A program made the position numbers and the translations under genes. From Octopus bimaculoides (Eukaryota), in the NCBI RefSeq assembly GCF_001194135.2, contig NC_068986.1, forward strand, positions 86,628,944 through 86,663,936: a DNA stretch of 34,993 nt, in the 5' to 3' direction. The notes under the pieces are model-generated. The model had not been told where the DNA came from and did not search any database. It worked only from the letters and a program-made list of their open reading frames with translations. Every line of letters begins with the position of its first letter. Position 1 is the stretch's first letter. This document shows, in pieces, positions 1 to 11,910 of this stretch.

Positions 1-25
1 TATATATATATACATATATAAACAG

Positions 26-340
26 TGAAGGCGTAGTTGTTAGAGCATTCGGCTCACGATCGTAAGGTCGTGAGTTCAATTCCCGGCGACGCGTTGTGTC
101 CTTGAGCAAGACACTTTATTTCACGTTGCTCCAGTCCACTCAGCTTGCAAAAATGAGTAGTACCTGTATTTCAAAAGGCCGGCCTTGTCACACTATGTGT
201 CACACTGAGTCTCCCTGGGATCTATGTTAGGGGTACACGTGTCTGAATTGCTCAGTCACTTGCTCGTTAATTTCACGAGCAAGCTGTTCCGTTGATCGTA
301 TCAGCTGGGACCCTCGTCGTCGTAACCGACGGAGCGCTCC
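26..340 (+). mobile_element. tRNA-derived CORE-type SINE, family A1 (tRNA head + CORE-like domain + shared 3' module)
   Basis: A-box/B-box-like head (GTAGTTGTTAGAGC...GAGTTCAATTCCC), then TTGTGTCCTTGAGCAAGACACTT...CCAGTCCACTCAGC (CORE-like), then a 3' module CCTTGTCACAC...GTGCTCAG...TCGTCGTAACCGACGGAG shared with five other copies in the window. Confidence 0.85.
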
Positions 341-784
341 TTTATATATAGACATACACACACGCACACATATATATACATGTATGCATATGCCCCTAAC
401 ATAAAGAAAGCACAAAGACAAGTGAGCAGAACAGCTGACAGGATGTATTCAGGTTGAGGCTTTGGGAAATGGAAGAAGACTTTAACGTTTCAAGCGTAGG
501 CTCTTCTACAGGAAAGTGAGATAAGGAAAGATAAAAGATGGAGAAAAAAAACCGTAATATTAATCTTAAGAATTGCGCTACTAATGACCTGATGTAAGAA
601 CTTAATATACATATCCTTCAGAACGAAGCGTCAGTCGAGTACAGAGCAATAATAATACCTTAAATAAATGACAAAAAATGAGAAATTATGCAATTAACTT
701 CAAAACGTTACAGTTGCTTCTGCTGTTAGATTCAACGCTCTCAAAATCTAGTGCTTGGGTATCATCCTATAGCCTTATCAGAGC

Positions 785-786
<2 letters not shown>

Positions 787-831
<45 letters not shown>

Positions 832-840
832 ACACACACA
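787..840. repeat. (CA)n microsatellite
   Basis: Direct reading. Confidence 0.98.
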
Positions 841-2604
841 AATAACTCTTCAGGTTGACAAGTTAGCGGAAACCTCCTCAAGCCACTAATAATAAATTAT
901 TGGAAGCAAGCATTCTCGATATCAATATAATCCAAAATTGCGTAACCGACAACATATATTCTATTTCACCCACTGGCTTGTATGTATTTGTCTAAATTTC
1001 TATATTTGAAATTTCTATAATGAAGAGAGAACTATTTTAATAAGAATTTTTCATAAGTTATTTGCGATGTTTATCATAATAACTTTTGTCAGTCCATTAA
1101 TGTGTGAAGACCTTCTGAGGCTTATCTTCTGAATGTTCCAATAATGTTAGTGTTTGTTGTTGCGGCATGTAGTAGGCGTTAAGCGATTATGAATTTCATG
1201 CAACTGATAAAATTATTATCACCGTTTGTAATATATGTGTGTATATATAACACATAAGTGTGTATGTGCGTGTGTACGTTTGGGTGCATGCGTGTATATA
1301 CGTCTTTTTGTGCTGTGTAAAATTGTAGTAGATATATATATAAATGTATATATGTTACAGTATGTGTGCTTGCTTTTACAAATGAATAAACTTACATACC
1401 CATATATGAACGTTTATGCATTTGCTTGAGTATATATACCTTTTACTGTACGCGCGTGCGAAGATATGTGTGTGTGTGTGCGCGCGTGTGTGCGTGTGTT
1501 TGTGCGTGCGTGCATGCTATTTTATATTTATACATTTTACATCATCACTACCACTCTAATCTATCCTCTTATGAAGGGCGGTGTACTTTATAAGCAACAC
1601 AATTAACAAATATTAACCGAATTATTTTAACAACAGTAGTTTGTTAGGTTTTTGGTTTGTTTTGTTTTTATGGCTTTCTTTGTGGCTTTACTTTTATTTT
1701 TTTTTACTTTTTTATAAATTTATTTATATATTTATCATTATTGTTTTTTTAAGCGAGAATCAGTGATGGGTGGCGAGTGTGTTGATAGACTTGTGGTGCA
1801 GATTTAAAACAGAAAAACAAACTGGATGTAGAGGGAGAAATAAGTTTCAGTTAACATTAGATATAAATAGCGGTAAAGATGGCAGAAGGGAATGTAATAG
1901 CGATTAAACTGAAACGACCAAGAGTATAAGTATAGAGTCTGAGTGTTTGCAATATGACTGTTGAATGATGAAGGAAGATGGCGGTTTATAAAGAAGGAGA
2001 TTATATGAGAATTGTGAGAAAGAGAAGATTCAATGATCGCTGAATATTTACTAAAGAAAGTATCATCTGAGGTTTGTCGGTGGAGCTATAGTACACAAAC
2101 GAACTTCATGTTATTTAATCAGGTTCAATTTGCTCATAAGTTGTCCAGTTTATTTCTTTTCTTCCTACTTTAAAATCTTTTATTAATTTTGCTGCATCGT
2201 AGGAGAGTTATTATGCCAACATTATTAATACATGCATTGGTTCAATTCCAGTCCTTTATCATTAGTCTATTGTTTAAGTATCCAGATAATTAATCGATTG
2301 TTTGTTTAATGAAATTAAACAGTAAGTTGTTTGTTTTTTTTTGTTTTTTTTTTGTCAAAGCTCTTTCGCTGTTATTTGCAACCTTTTCAATGACTTCTCT
2401 CTTAGTCAGTTACGGATTAAGAGAAACAATCGATTGACTAATAATATAGGAGTGAAATTGAAGCAGTGCATATGTTAATAATATTGGCATAGTGACTCCC
2501 TAGACACAACAAAATTTGTTTCAACACAAGAATTCACATAAATAATCTTGAAAACCAATCACACAAAAGAGAAGCGTTTATAAATTATTACATCATTACG
2601 TTGA

Positions 2605-2820
2605 TTACCAAGTTGGCGATCCGCAAGATTGGTTCGCACACCATACAAAAAGCTTAGCAATATCTCTTGTAAATCTTTACGCTCTGAGTTCGAATGTTAA
2701 CGAGGTCGACTTTCATTCTTTTGAGATCGATGAAATAAGCACTAGTTTTGTAGAAAGATCGAAGCAATCGACTAGAGCATCCCTCACAAAATTTCAGCTT
2801 ATAGGAATATTTTTTATTAA
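2605..2820 (+). mobile_element. Highly degenerate SINE family C copy
   Basis: Residual motifs GCTTAGC, CTCTGAGTTCGAAT, GAGGTCGACTTTCAT, GATCGATGAAATAAG match the better copies at 20429 and 32957. Confidence 0.55.
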
Positions 2821-2906
2821 ATCATTACCCTTCGTGGTAAAATCCGGCGCAAACGTTATCCTTGTTCAGAAAAGAGAAGGAATCACGACGAGTTTTCATA
2901 GCATCT

Positions 2907-3030
2907 AGGCGCAGGAATGGTTGTGTAGTTAAGAAGTTGGCTTTGCGAGAACTTGGTTTATGATTGAACGCTATGTGTGGTACTTTCTAATAGAGTTCCG
3001 GGTCAGTCAATGTCTGTTGATTGAATTTCT
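2907..3030 (+). mobile_element. Degenerate 5' fragment of SINE family B
   Basis: AGGCGCAGGAATGGTTGTGTAGTTAAGAAGTT matches the head of the copy at 21260. Confidence 0.55.
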
Positions 3031-4686
3031 CTACTAAATTTGCTCACAAGACATTGGTTGGCTTGGATAATTGTCCATTTATTTTCACTTGGCATTTGCA
3101 GTGTTTACAATATATACTACATTTTACTCAGAGATAATACACAAAAATACCATTACGTTGGAGATCTTCTCTGTACTTCATAAGGATTTTGCATACTATT
3201 CTCAATAGCATTTCACACCATCGTTCTAATTACCTTATTACAATAAAGGAAATTTTAACGTAGATTTATGGTATTAATAAACAGCCGTGTGGATTTCACG
3301 TTGAAGCTGGAGCTAGGGATATGTATGGATGTATGTATAAGAGAGAAGAAAAATGGAATTCACGAAGTATTTTATCATTCACTACGATCGTCTCGACCCA
3401 TCACGCACCGTAACCAGCGGGTGAGGTGCTACACAAACAGTTGTTGTGCGTCGTGGGTGCAGATGCGTTTGTTCCGGTGCCTTTCTAAAAAGTACATTAC
3501 TTTTCACTCGCTATGTCGCTTGTTTCTATATCAATACATTTTAGTTAGTGTAGACTCCATAAGAAACAACTGTTGCTGCTGCTGTTTTCGTTGTTGTTGC
3601 TGTGGGTGTTGTTTTTGTTTAGACACTGGTCACACATTATTAAGAAAATGTTTGATCAAAATCATTTCCTGAGAAGTGATCCTTACCGTTTTTATATCTA
3701 GAATTTCATTACCCAATGTGACGTTCCTAGTTTATAGCGGTAGTGATGATTTGATGCAGCTTGGGTGCTTCTTCCAGCAGGTCAAACAACCGCAGAATGA
3801 GTTTTATCCATTTTTGAGTTTCTTGCTTGCATTGTTGATTTGGACTACGATTCCTTTAAAAATGATCGGTAATGATTCGTTGACTTCGCTTTCCATAACG
3901 CTGCTGCTGCTGCTGCTGCTGCTGTTGTTGTTGTCGATGATGATGGCGGTGGTGGTGGTATTGGTGGTGGTGGTGGTGGTGATGGTTGTGGTGGTGTGGC
4001 AGTTATTACTATTGTGTTTGTTGCCACTTCCGCTACGAGAACTGATGGTTTCGCAAAGATTAAAAAGAATCGGAAAAGTAAACGAATTTTATTGATTTAT
4101 CTATCTAATCAGAGAAAATTCCCTGTAACCTAATCGATAAGTTATACATCACCTGCTCCTAACATTTACTTTTATGTATGCATATACACTAGTACAACAC
4201 ACACAAATAAACACACGCACCGTCACCCCCCCCCACACACACACCACATGCACAAACGCACACACAAACACAGACACAAAAACAAGCACACACATGTATT
4301 CATACGTACACATATAAGTGTTTGAGCGAGTGAGTGTATATTCGTAAGGTGTGTATACATCATGCGTAGCACAATTCTTAAAAACTTACTTCAACATATT
4401 AAACGCTTCATCGAAACCGAGTCGGGATCTATGACATGTATATCAATGCGTGTATATCTGTATGTGTGTAAACGTGTTCATACATAAGTTTTATAAGTGT
4501 GTGTCTCTAAGTCCGTGTACATCTCCGAGTGCATATGTGAATGAGCGCAAATACTTGTATATACCTGTGTCTGTATATATGAGCAAGTGTGTATATTTTC
4601 TTTATGTATGTATGTGGGGAGTTTATATGCGTATGTCTGAAATTGATGGTTTATATATATATGTGTGTGTGTGTGTGTGTGCGTGC

Positions 4687-4740
<54 letters not shown>

Positions 4741-5487
4741 CTTTTCAGAATGAGATAAAAATCCATGGTGGTGAAGATTTTAGAACATTTATAAATAGAA
4801 GGCCTTACAGCTGTTTCCGGGATATATACACATGCTGATATATGACCTACGTTTGACTCCTTATTTGCATAATCACCGAACCTGGAGCTTAACTATGGTT
4901 TATCCATATCACTTACACAGCATTACCTGACACCTTTGGGTCTTATTGACACCATTACCTCTCGTAGCCTCTCTCTATATATATATAGGATGCGGAATTA
5001 GCCGAAACTGATCGATCAGTATGGGTAATTCTCCACCAGAGCTTTCGGTCAATTAAAGTCCTTGTCAGTACATATGTATACAATTATGTACTTTAACTAC
5101 TGCTTTAGCTCTTATTTCTAGCAATGTAGGTGTTCTAATACTCTAGTTATATTTAGTGACAATTATAGTTTTCCTTTTCTGATAATATTTTGCATACGGC
5201 TGTGTGTGGGGGGGGGGGGNNNNNNNNNNNNNNNNNNNNNNNNNNNNNNNNNNNNNNNNNNNNNNNNNNNNNNNNNNNNNNNNNNNNNNNNNNNNNNNNN
5301 NNNNNNNNNNNNNNNNNNNNNNNNNNNNNNNNNNNNNNNNNNNNNNNNNNNNNNNNNNNNNNNNNNNNNNNNNNNNNNNNNNNNNNNNNNNNNNNNNNNN
5401 NNNNNNNNNNNNNNNNNNNNNNNNNNNNNNNNNNNNNNNNNNNNNNNNNNNNNNNNNNNNNNNNNNNNNNNNNNNNNNNNNNNNNNN

Positions 5488-5532
<45 letters not shown>

Positions 5533-5712
5533 TGTATCTATTAGTGTGCAAGTCGGTATATATTTTTGGGTTTATATGCGTATACGTGCAAGAAAGCTTA
5601 TGCCTATTTGTTTCTACGTAAATGCGTGTAAGTGCTCATATGCCTATGACTGTATATCCCTGTGTATATGAGTGAGTCTGAGTATGTTTGCATGTATGTG
5701 TATGTATGGATG

Positions 5713-6023
5713 ACGGCGCGTGGTTTTGTCGTTCGGCTCCCGATGGTAAGGTCATGCGTTTGAATCGCAGCCGTTCATTGTGTCTGCGAACAAGACATTA
5801 TATTTCACGTTGCTCCAGTCCAGTCAGCTGGAGATAATGAATTGTACCTATATTTCAAAGTGCCAGCCTTTGTCACACTGTGCCACGCTGAATTTCCCTG
5901 ACAACTACGATAACGGTATGCGAGTCTGTGGAGAGCTCAGCCACTTGCATGTTAATTTCACGAGTATGCTGTTCTGTAGATCGGATCAACTGGAACCGCC
6001 GTCGTCGTAAGCGATGGAGTACC
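5713..6023 (+). mobile_element. SINE family A1, diverged copy
   Basis: Colinear with 26-340: head, CORE-like TTTCACGTTGCTCCAGTCCAGTCAGC, same 3' module ending GTCGTCGTAAGCGATGGAG. Confidence 0.85.
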
Positions 6024-6499
6024 AGTATGTAACTATCTTTTACTCCGCATGTACATCTGCATATGAATGAGTCAGGATATGTTAAGGTAAATATGTATGT
6101 ACCACTGTGTCTCTACGTGCATGTACACTTGTCTACATGTATTTGTGTATGTAGATACATTGGTATATGAAGCACATCGTATTTGTCAGTACATATGTTG
6201 GACATTTATTGATCATTGCACTCATCTAATTAGATCGCTAAATTGTTATAAATTACCTAAAGATAGTTGCTAAATAATCTATTTGGATCTTAGTTATATT
6301 ATAAATATACTGTATAAGAGAAGAAAAATAAAGGCGTTTTGTTTTATAATGTCTCCAAAAAAATTTATTTGCAGATTTGCAAAGATAACTAAAAGATATT
6401 GAACATAATTTTTTAAGTAATGCATAGGAATATTTTAGATTAAATGATTAATAATTTGCTTTTATTGGGTGCTGTAATAATCCTACATTTATACCAGCA

Positions 6500-6641
6500 A
6501 ATAATTATAAGGCGTGAAGGCATGTGCTCGCGTTCATAAGATGCTGGGTTTAATTCCTGCGTATTTGGTAGACGAAAACTAATAGAATCCCGTCTTGTAT
6601 ATACATTATGGTGACGATGGTGACACATCTAATACTACCAA

Positions 6642-6736
<95 letters not shown>

Positions 6737-6950
6737 TATGCATCTACCTATATATGTATGTGCCGTCGTGTTTATCCACCGCCGCTTGGCAATAGGTTTT
6801 GGTTTGAGCGCGTTCGTCCTTGTAAGTCAGCAGTGTGGCAACGATTGAATACGCACCAGGCATCAAGGGGTTTTACAGTCCAATTCTTTTGATATACGAT
6901 TCACAGTAGTGCCCTGTATGGCCGCTAGTCTAATGACTAAAATAAAGGCA
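6500..6950 (+). mobile_element. Old SINE family B copy with internal (CTG/CTA)n expansion
   Basis: 5' part ATTTGGTAGACGAAAACTAATAGAATCCCGTC and 3' part GTATGGCCGCTAGTCTAATGACTAAAATAAAGG match family B on either side of a triplet repeat (6640-6736). Confidence 0.6.
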
Positions 6951-7024
6951 AATATGTGTGTGTGTTTGTTTGTTTGTGCGTGTGAATATATGTGTGTATG
7001 CATATAAGTATGTTTTTATGTACG

Positions 7025-7059
<35 letters not shown>

Positions 7060-7082
7060 GTATATTATATATACATGTATGT

Positions 7083-7453
7083 GTAGAGGCGCAATAGCCC
7101 AATGGTTAGAGTAGAGGACTCACGGTCGTAGGATCGCGGTTTCGATTCTCAGACCGGGCATTGTGAGTACTTAGTGAGCGAAAACACCCAAAGCTCCACG
7201 AGGCTCAGGCAGGGGGTTGGTGGCAATCTCTGTTGTACTCTTTTTTTCCCCTTTTTCTTCCTATTTCTGCTATACCTGTTCTTCAAAGGGCCAGCCTTGT
7301 CACACTCTGTGTCACGCTGAATCTCCTCAAGAACTACGTTAAAGGTACACGTGTCTGTGGAGTGCTCAGCCACTTGCACGTTAATTTCACGAGCAGGCTG
7401 TTCTGTTGATTGGATCAAATGGAACGCTCGTCGTCGTAACCGACGAAGTGCCA
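7083..7453 (+). mobile_element. tRNA-derived SINE family A2
   Basis: Head GAGGCGCAATAGCCCAATGGTTAG...GGTTTCGATTCTC, middle domain GAGCGAAAACACCCAAAGCTCCACGAGG, shared 3' module; possible low-complexity TSD ATGTATGT (7075-7082/7460-7467). Confidence 0.9.
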
Positions 7454-7889
7454 CGAGAGATGTATGTATGTATGTATGTCATATGATTACAAGAGCAGTG
7501 TTGCTTCCCTGTAAATGAGAAGCACATTCTTAAAATCTTTCTATGCGTATTTTTTCAATCACTGGATTGCAGTCATATAGGTGGAACAATTAGAAAATCG
7601 GCAACATACCCTAAGAAAAGGTTTGTAAATGTTTCATTTCACCTCTTTTGTGTGTGTACGAGGGTACACGTGTATGTGAGTGCATGTATGGGTGTATTTA
7701 TATGTGTAGATGTAGTTGTGTTCAAGATAGTGTTGAGACATATCAGTGTTTATGCGCGATATTGCGCCTGTTTGTTGAGGCAAAACCAAGATGTGCCATG
7801 GGATTCTAAATGATAATGACACGGACACTTTGTCACTAAACGATGTGCGAAGATAATTGATGACGTACAGCAAGGGAAAACATGTCGTC

Positions 7890-7902
7890 AACAACAACAG
7901 CA

Positions 7903-7955
<53 letters not shown>

Positions 7956-8182
7956 CACTACTACTGCTGCTACTTCTGACTCTCCTGCCCCTGTTGCTGC
8001 TGCTACTGCTACTGGCATTACTATTATAAATACCGCTATATATGGAATTACTATGGATGCTGCAACAAGAACCACAGTATCATTGCTACTAAACCTAGGA
8101 CAACGACTAGCACTATTGATAATGGTGATGATGTTGACGCATCTACCACTCCCCATACTACTACTACTACTACTACTACCAC

Positions 8183-8218
<36 letters not shown>

Positions 8219-8250
8219 TGATGATGATGATGATGATGAAGATGATGATG

Positions 8251-8290
<40 letters not shown>

Positions 8291-8298
8291 TAATAATA
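7890..8298. repeat. Compound/decayed triplet repeat region (CTA)n...(CTA)(TAA)(TGA)n
   Basis: Direct reading; accounts for ORFs 7836-8156, 7882-8364 and 8051-8305. Confidence 0.9.
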
Positions 8299-8299
8299 G

Positions 8300-8471
8300 T
8301 TTCAAATTTTTTGAGGGAGGTGAATCAATTGGTGCTTATTTTTTATCGAGCCCCAAAAGGATGAAAGACACAGTCGTCCTCGGTGGAATTTGAACTCAGA
8401 ATGTAAAGATTGAGGAAACGCCGATAAGCATTTCTCCAGGCATGCTAATGATTCTGTCACCTCACCACCTT
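8300..8471 (-). mobile_element. SINE family C copy
   Basis: Reverse complement of the family C body (GGAATTTGAACTCAGAA, GGATGAAAG, TTTTATCGA), with its TTA-type tail running into the (TAA)/(TGA) tract at 8183-8298. Confidence 0.8.
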
Positions 8472-8503
8472 AAATGAAATGATAATAATAATGCATTTGC
8501 TGG

Positions 8504-8548
<45 letters not shown>

Positions 8549-8980
8549 ATAAACTGCTGTTGCTGCTCGTACAAATGCACCTACCGTTATTGATGCTACT
8601 ATTATTACAACTATAATTCCCGCTAATAATTTCCTGAGGCCGCACCCTTACTACGCTATATAAACAAACGCTGACAGTAAGTAGAACACGTCAGGTTGTC
8701 AGGGATGGAATATCTTTTGTTTCGGATTTGCTGGATCATGGCTAGTTTGGGTCTAAACAACAATAATAAATAAAAGACACCGTATTACACACATACATAC
8801 ACCCACACATGCGCACACACATACACACACATACATACACATACACACAAACATGCACACAAGCATGCACCCACATACACATGCTCACAGATTCAGACAC
8901 ATGCACACACATACACTCATACTCATATACAACTCAGACACACACACGTATACACATTCACACGCACATACTCACACATG

Positions 8981-9012
<32 letters not shown>

Positions 9013-9099
9013 CACACACACATATACTCGAACGCATACATATACAAGAATCATCAACTGACACTGGTTCACAACAATATCGTTAACAACTAACATGTG

Positions 9100-9391
9100 C
9101 TGGTGTGTGGATTGCTACTGTGTTGGTTTGTTTACGTCCTCGTAACTTAGCGGTACGGCAGAAGAGACCGGCATGAATATTCCAAACTTACTCATTTACT
9201 CTTTTACATGTTTCAGTCATTTGACTGTGGCCATGCTGGAGCACCACCTTTAGTCGAGCAATTCGACCCCAGGACATATTTTTTGTAAGTCTATTACTTA
9301 TTTTATCGGTCTCTTTTGCCGAACCGCTAATTTACGGGGACGTAAACACACGACCATCGGTTGTCAAGCGATGTTGGGGGGACAAACACAG

Positions 9392-9428
<37 letters not shown>

Positions 9429-9620
9429 CTATAGTAGAAGACACTTGCCCAAGGTGCCACGCAGTGGGACTGAACCCAGAACTATGTGGTTCGTAAGCAA
9501 GCTACTTACCACATAGCCACTTAGAAAACAAACCGGGGTAACGGAGTCGATTTGGTCGACCAAACCTTTGAATGCGACGCCCCGACATGGTCACTGTTCA
9601 GTGACTAAAACAAATGATAA
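9100..9620 (+). mobile_element. Old family B 3' half split by the younger antisense copy (pieces 9100-9190 and 9521-9620)
   Basis: Left piece GTTTACGTCCTCGTAACTTAGCGGTACGGCAGAAGAGACCG and right piece GGAGTCGATTTGGTCGAC...CATGGTCACTG...GACTAAAACAA are consecutive segments of the family B 3' end. Confidence 0.65.
9191..9521 (-). mobile_element. SINE family B copy with internal deletion and (CA)n core
   Basis: High similarity to the reverse complement of 21260-21680; about 60 bp next to the internal microsatellite are missing. Confidence 0.9.
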
Positions 9621-9757
9621 AATATGAAAGATATTGTGTATGTTATACTTTTTAAGTAAAGAGACATTGAATAGTGGTATTAGTTATATTTAAGGATTAG
9701 AGGTAATTTCAGAACGATAGGCTCAATAAACGATTACCGGATTGTGCGACGTAAATA

Positions 9758-9940
9758 TTCCACCCGTAGAGTAGATGCTGGTCCGTCGCAGGGTGACCTG
9801 CTTTGTAAGGTAGATGGACTGGAACAAGGTTGAAATGATATATTCTGCTCAAGAACACATAGCACCGCCCGGTTCAGGTATCGAAATCACAATCTTATGA
9901 TCATGAGTGCAACAGCCTAACCACTAAACCACGTGCCTCA
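9758..9940 (-). mobile_element. tRNA/CORE-type SINE with a different 3' module (CCCTGCGACGGACCAGCATC)
   Basis: Reverse strand reads GAGGCACGTGGTTTAGTGGTTAGG...TTTCGATACC...TGTGTTCTTGAGCAG...TTCCAGTCCA, then a tail unrelated to A1. Confidence 0.75.
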
Positions 9941-10233
9941 GTATGCCGTTCGTTATTGGTTTATACACAGTCTAGTTGACCATATCTGGAACGTCTGCTT
10001 GATCATGGCTAACCTAGATCTAGAGTTAGTAAACAATATTACTCTCGTGATAATATTGTTAGACTTTCTGCGGTTGCATGCGAAAGATCCCATCAGAATA
10101 TTTAGGATCCAATAGTACTGAACAAGTCACTGACCTTTGCCTGCTGTATTTTATCAGTGAAAATTTGTGTAATATTGCAATCTAATGCTTTTGAACTACA
10201 ATTTGATCTTAGTTAAAATGTTACACTATAAGT

Positions 10234-10623
10234 GTGGAGGCTCAATGGCCCAGTGCTTAGGGCAGCGGACTCGCGGTCATAGAATCGCGGTTTCGATTCC
10301 CAGATCGGGTGTTGTGAGTGTTTATTGAGCGAAAACACCTAAAGCTCCACGAGGATCCCGCAGGGGATGATGGCGAACCCTGTTGTACTCTTCCACCACA
10401 ACTTTCTCTCACTCTTTCTTCCTGTTTCTGTTTTACCTGTATTTCAAAGGGCCAGCCTTGTCACACTGTGTCACGCTGAACATCCCCGAGAACTACGTTA
10501 AGGGTACACGTGTCTGTGGAGTGCTCAGCCACATGCACGTTAATTACACGAGCAGACTGTTCCGTTGATCGGATCAACTGGAATTTTCGAGGTCGTAAAC
10601 AACGGAGTGCCAGCAACAACAAC
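10234..10623 (+). mobile_element. SINE family A2 with 12-bp TSD
   Basis: Full-length match to the other A2 copies, (CAA)n tail; flanked by ACACTATAAGTG (10223-10234) and ACACTATAGGTG (10622-10633). Confidence 0.92.
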
Positions 10624-10710
10624 ACTATAGGTGAACTAGCTGACCCACTGGTTATACCACGGTTTAATTCGAAACAACCACCATCAATGGTGTAATCACA
10701 CATTGATATA

Positions 10711-10888
10711 TCTCTTTTATTTGTTTCAGTCATTTGACTGTGGCCATGCTGGAGCACCGCCTTTAGTCTAGTAAATCGACACCAGGACTTATTCTTTGTA
10801 AGACCGTACCGCTAGGTTACGGGGAGGTAAACACAACAGCATCGGTTGTCAAGCGATGTGGGGGGGGGACAAACACTGACACACACAC

Positions 10889-10922
<34 letters not shown>

Positions 10923-10962
10923 GTATATANNNNNNNNNNNNNNNNNNNNNNNNNNNNNNNNN

Positions 10963-11002
<40 letters not shown>

Positions 11003-11177
11003 GTACATATATACGACGGGCTTCTTTCAGTTTCTATCTACCAAATCCACTCACAAAGCTTTGGTCGGGCCAAGGCTATAGCTGAAGACACTTGCCCAAG
11101 TTGCCATGCAGTGGGACTGAAGCCGGGACCTTTTGGTTCATAAGCAAGCTACTTACCACACAGCCACTCCTACGCCT
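10711..11177 (-). mobile_element. SINE family B, near full length, (TA)n core containing a gap
   Basis: Colinear with the reverse complement of 21260-21680 from tail (TCTTTTATTTGTTTCAGTC) to head (CAGCCACTCCTACGCCT). Confidence 0.92.
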
Positions 11178-11910
11178 GTATATATATCTTCCTACACTCT
11201 CTCGCACGTACATCCACACTTAGCTAACTAGCCTGGGTGTGTGTGAGTCTGTCTATGTGTATATGTGTATGTATATGTTCACGCACGCCATGCCGATAAC
11301 TGCACGTATCAGTAGCGTTCTTTGAATCGTTTACTCTTTCTCTTTCTATTGTAACACAAACCTCTACCGTTTCTTTCTGCAGTGTGTCAGTGTTTTTATA
11401 CCACGGTAATCTTTTACTAATATTTTAATGCAATAGAAAGATGTACATATTTCCTCTCTGTCTAACTACACGTCAGTGTATCTATGCGCATGTCTTTGAA
11501 CGTTTTTACAGCCCCGTGTCAAGTCTAATCTAATCTTTGGTCTACTTGGATTACGTGCTTCATAAGAACTTAGATTTAAAGAAATAAGATTAATATAGCA
11601 ATGTGATCGATAGTATTCGTAATAATGAAATAGATAAAAAATCAGTATTTTAGATTTTTTCATGCTGAGTGCTATTGCGCCAATCTCCAAAGGACTACGA
11701 TACCGAAGAAAAAGTTGAGGACCGCTGTCTAATGTATTCAGGACTTTGTTATTCAAGATAGAAATGTCCATTACACTTTATAAATGATAGGGTGATATGA
11801 AATGAAAGGGGGGAAAAAGTTTCTTATTTGTTTTAGAGACGGCATCGGAGTCCCGTCTCACTTAATGATACGCCACAGATTGTCTATTGTATGTGTGCTA
11901 CTCTGTAAGT

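Noticed and set aside
1000-1200. Possible Penelope GIY-YIG C-terminal remnant next to the hammerhead-like motifs
   Set aside because: The translated similarity is too weak and interrupted to call
3268-3672. 134-aa ORF with a metallothionein-like Cys cluster (CCCCCFRCCCCGCCFC)
   Set aside because: The Cys run is the translation of a decayed (TGY/TGT)n triplet tract; the rest has no recognisable motif
3676-4095. 139-aa ORF with long Leu/Val hydrophobic stretches
   Set aside because: The hydrophobic runs come from (CTG)(TTG)(GTG)n microsatellites; the antisense frame is protein-like in places but has a stop about every 30 codons; no supported splice model
7882-8364. 160-aa mucin-like ORF (Thr-rich stalk plus apparent TM segment)
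   Set aside because: Built from (CTA)n/(TAA)n/(TGA)n repeats and ends inside a SINE C copy; triplet repeats keep frames open by default
8790-9093. His/Thr-rich ORFs
   Set aside because: Translation of a degenerate (CA)n tract
10234-10310. tRNA-like sequences (A and B boxes, Arg-like anticodon arm)
   Set aside because: They are SINE heads continuing into SINE bodies with TSDs, with no clean cloverleaf acceptor stem; not called as tRNA genes
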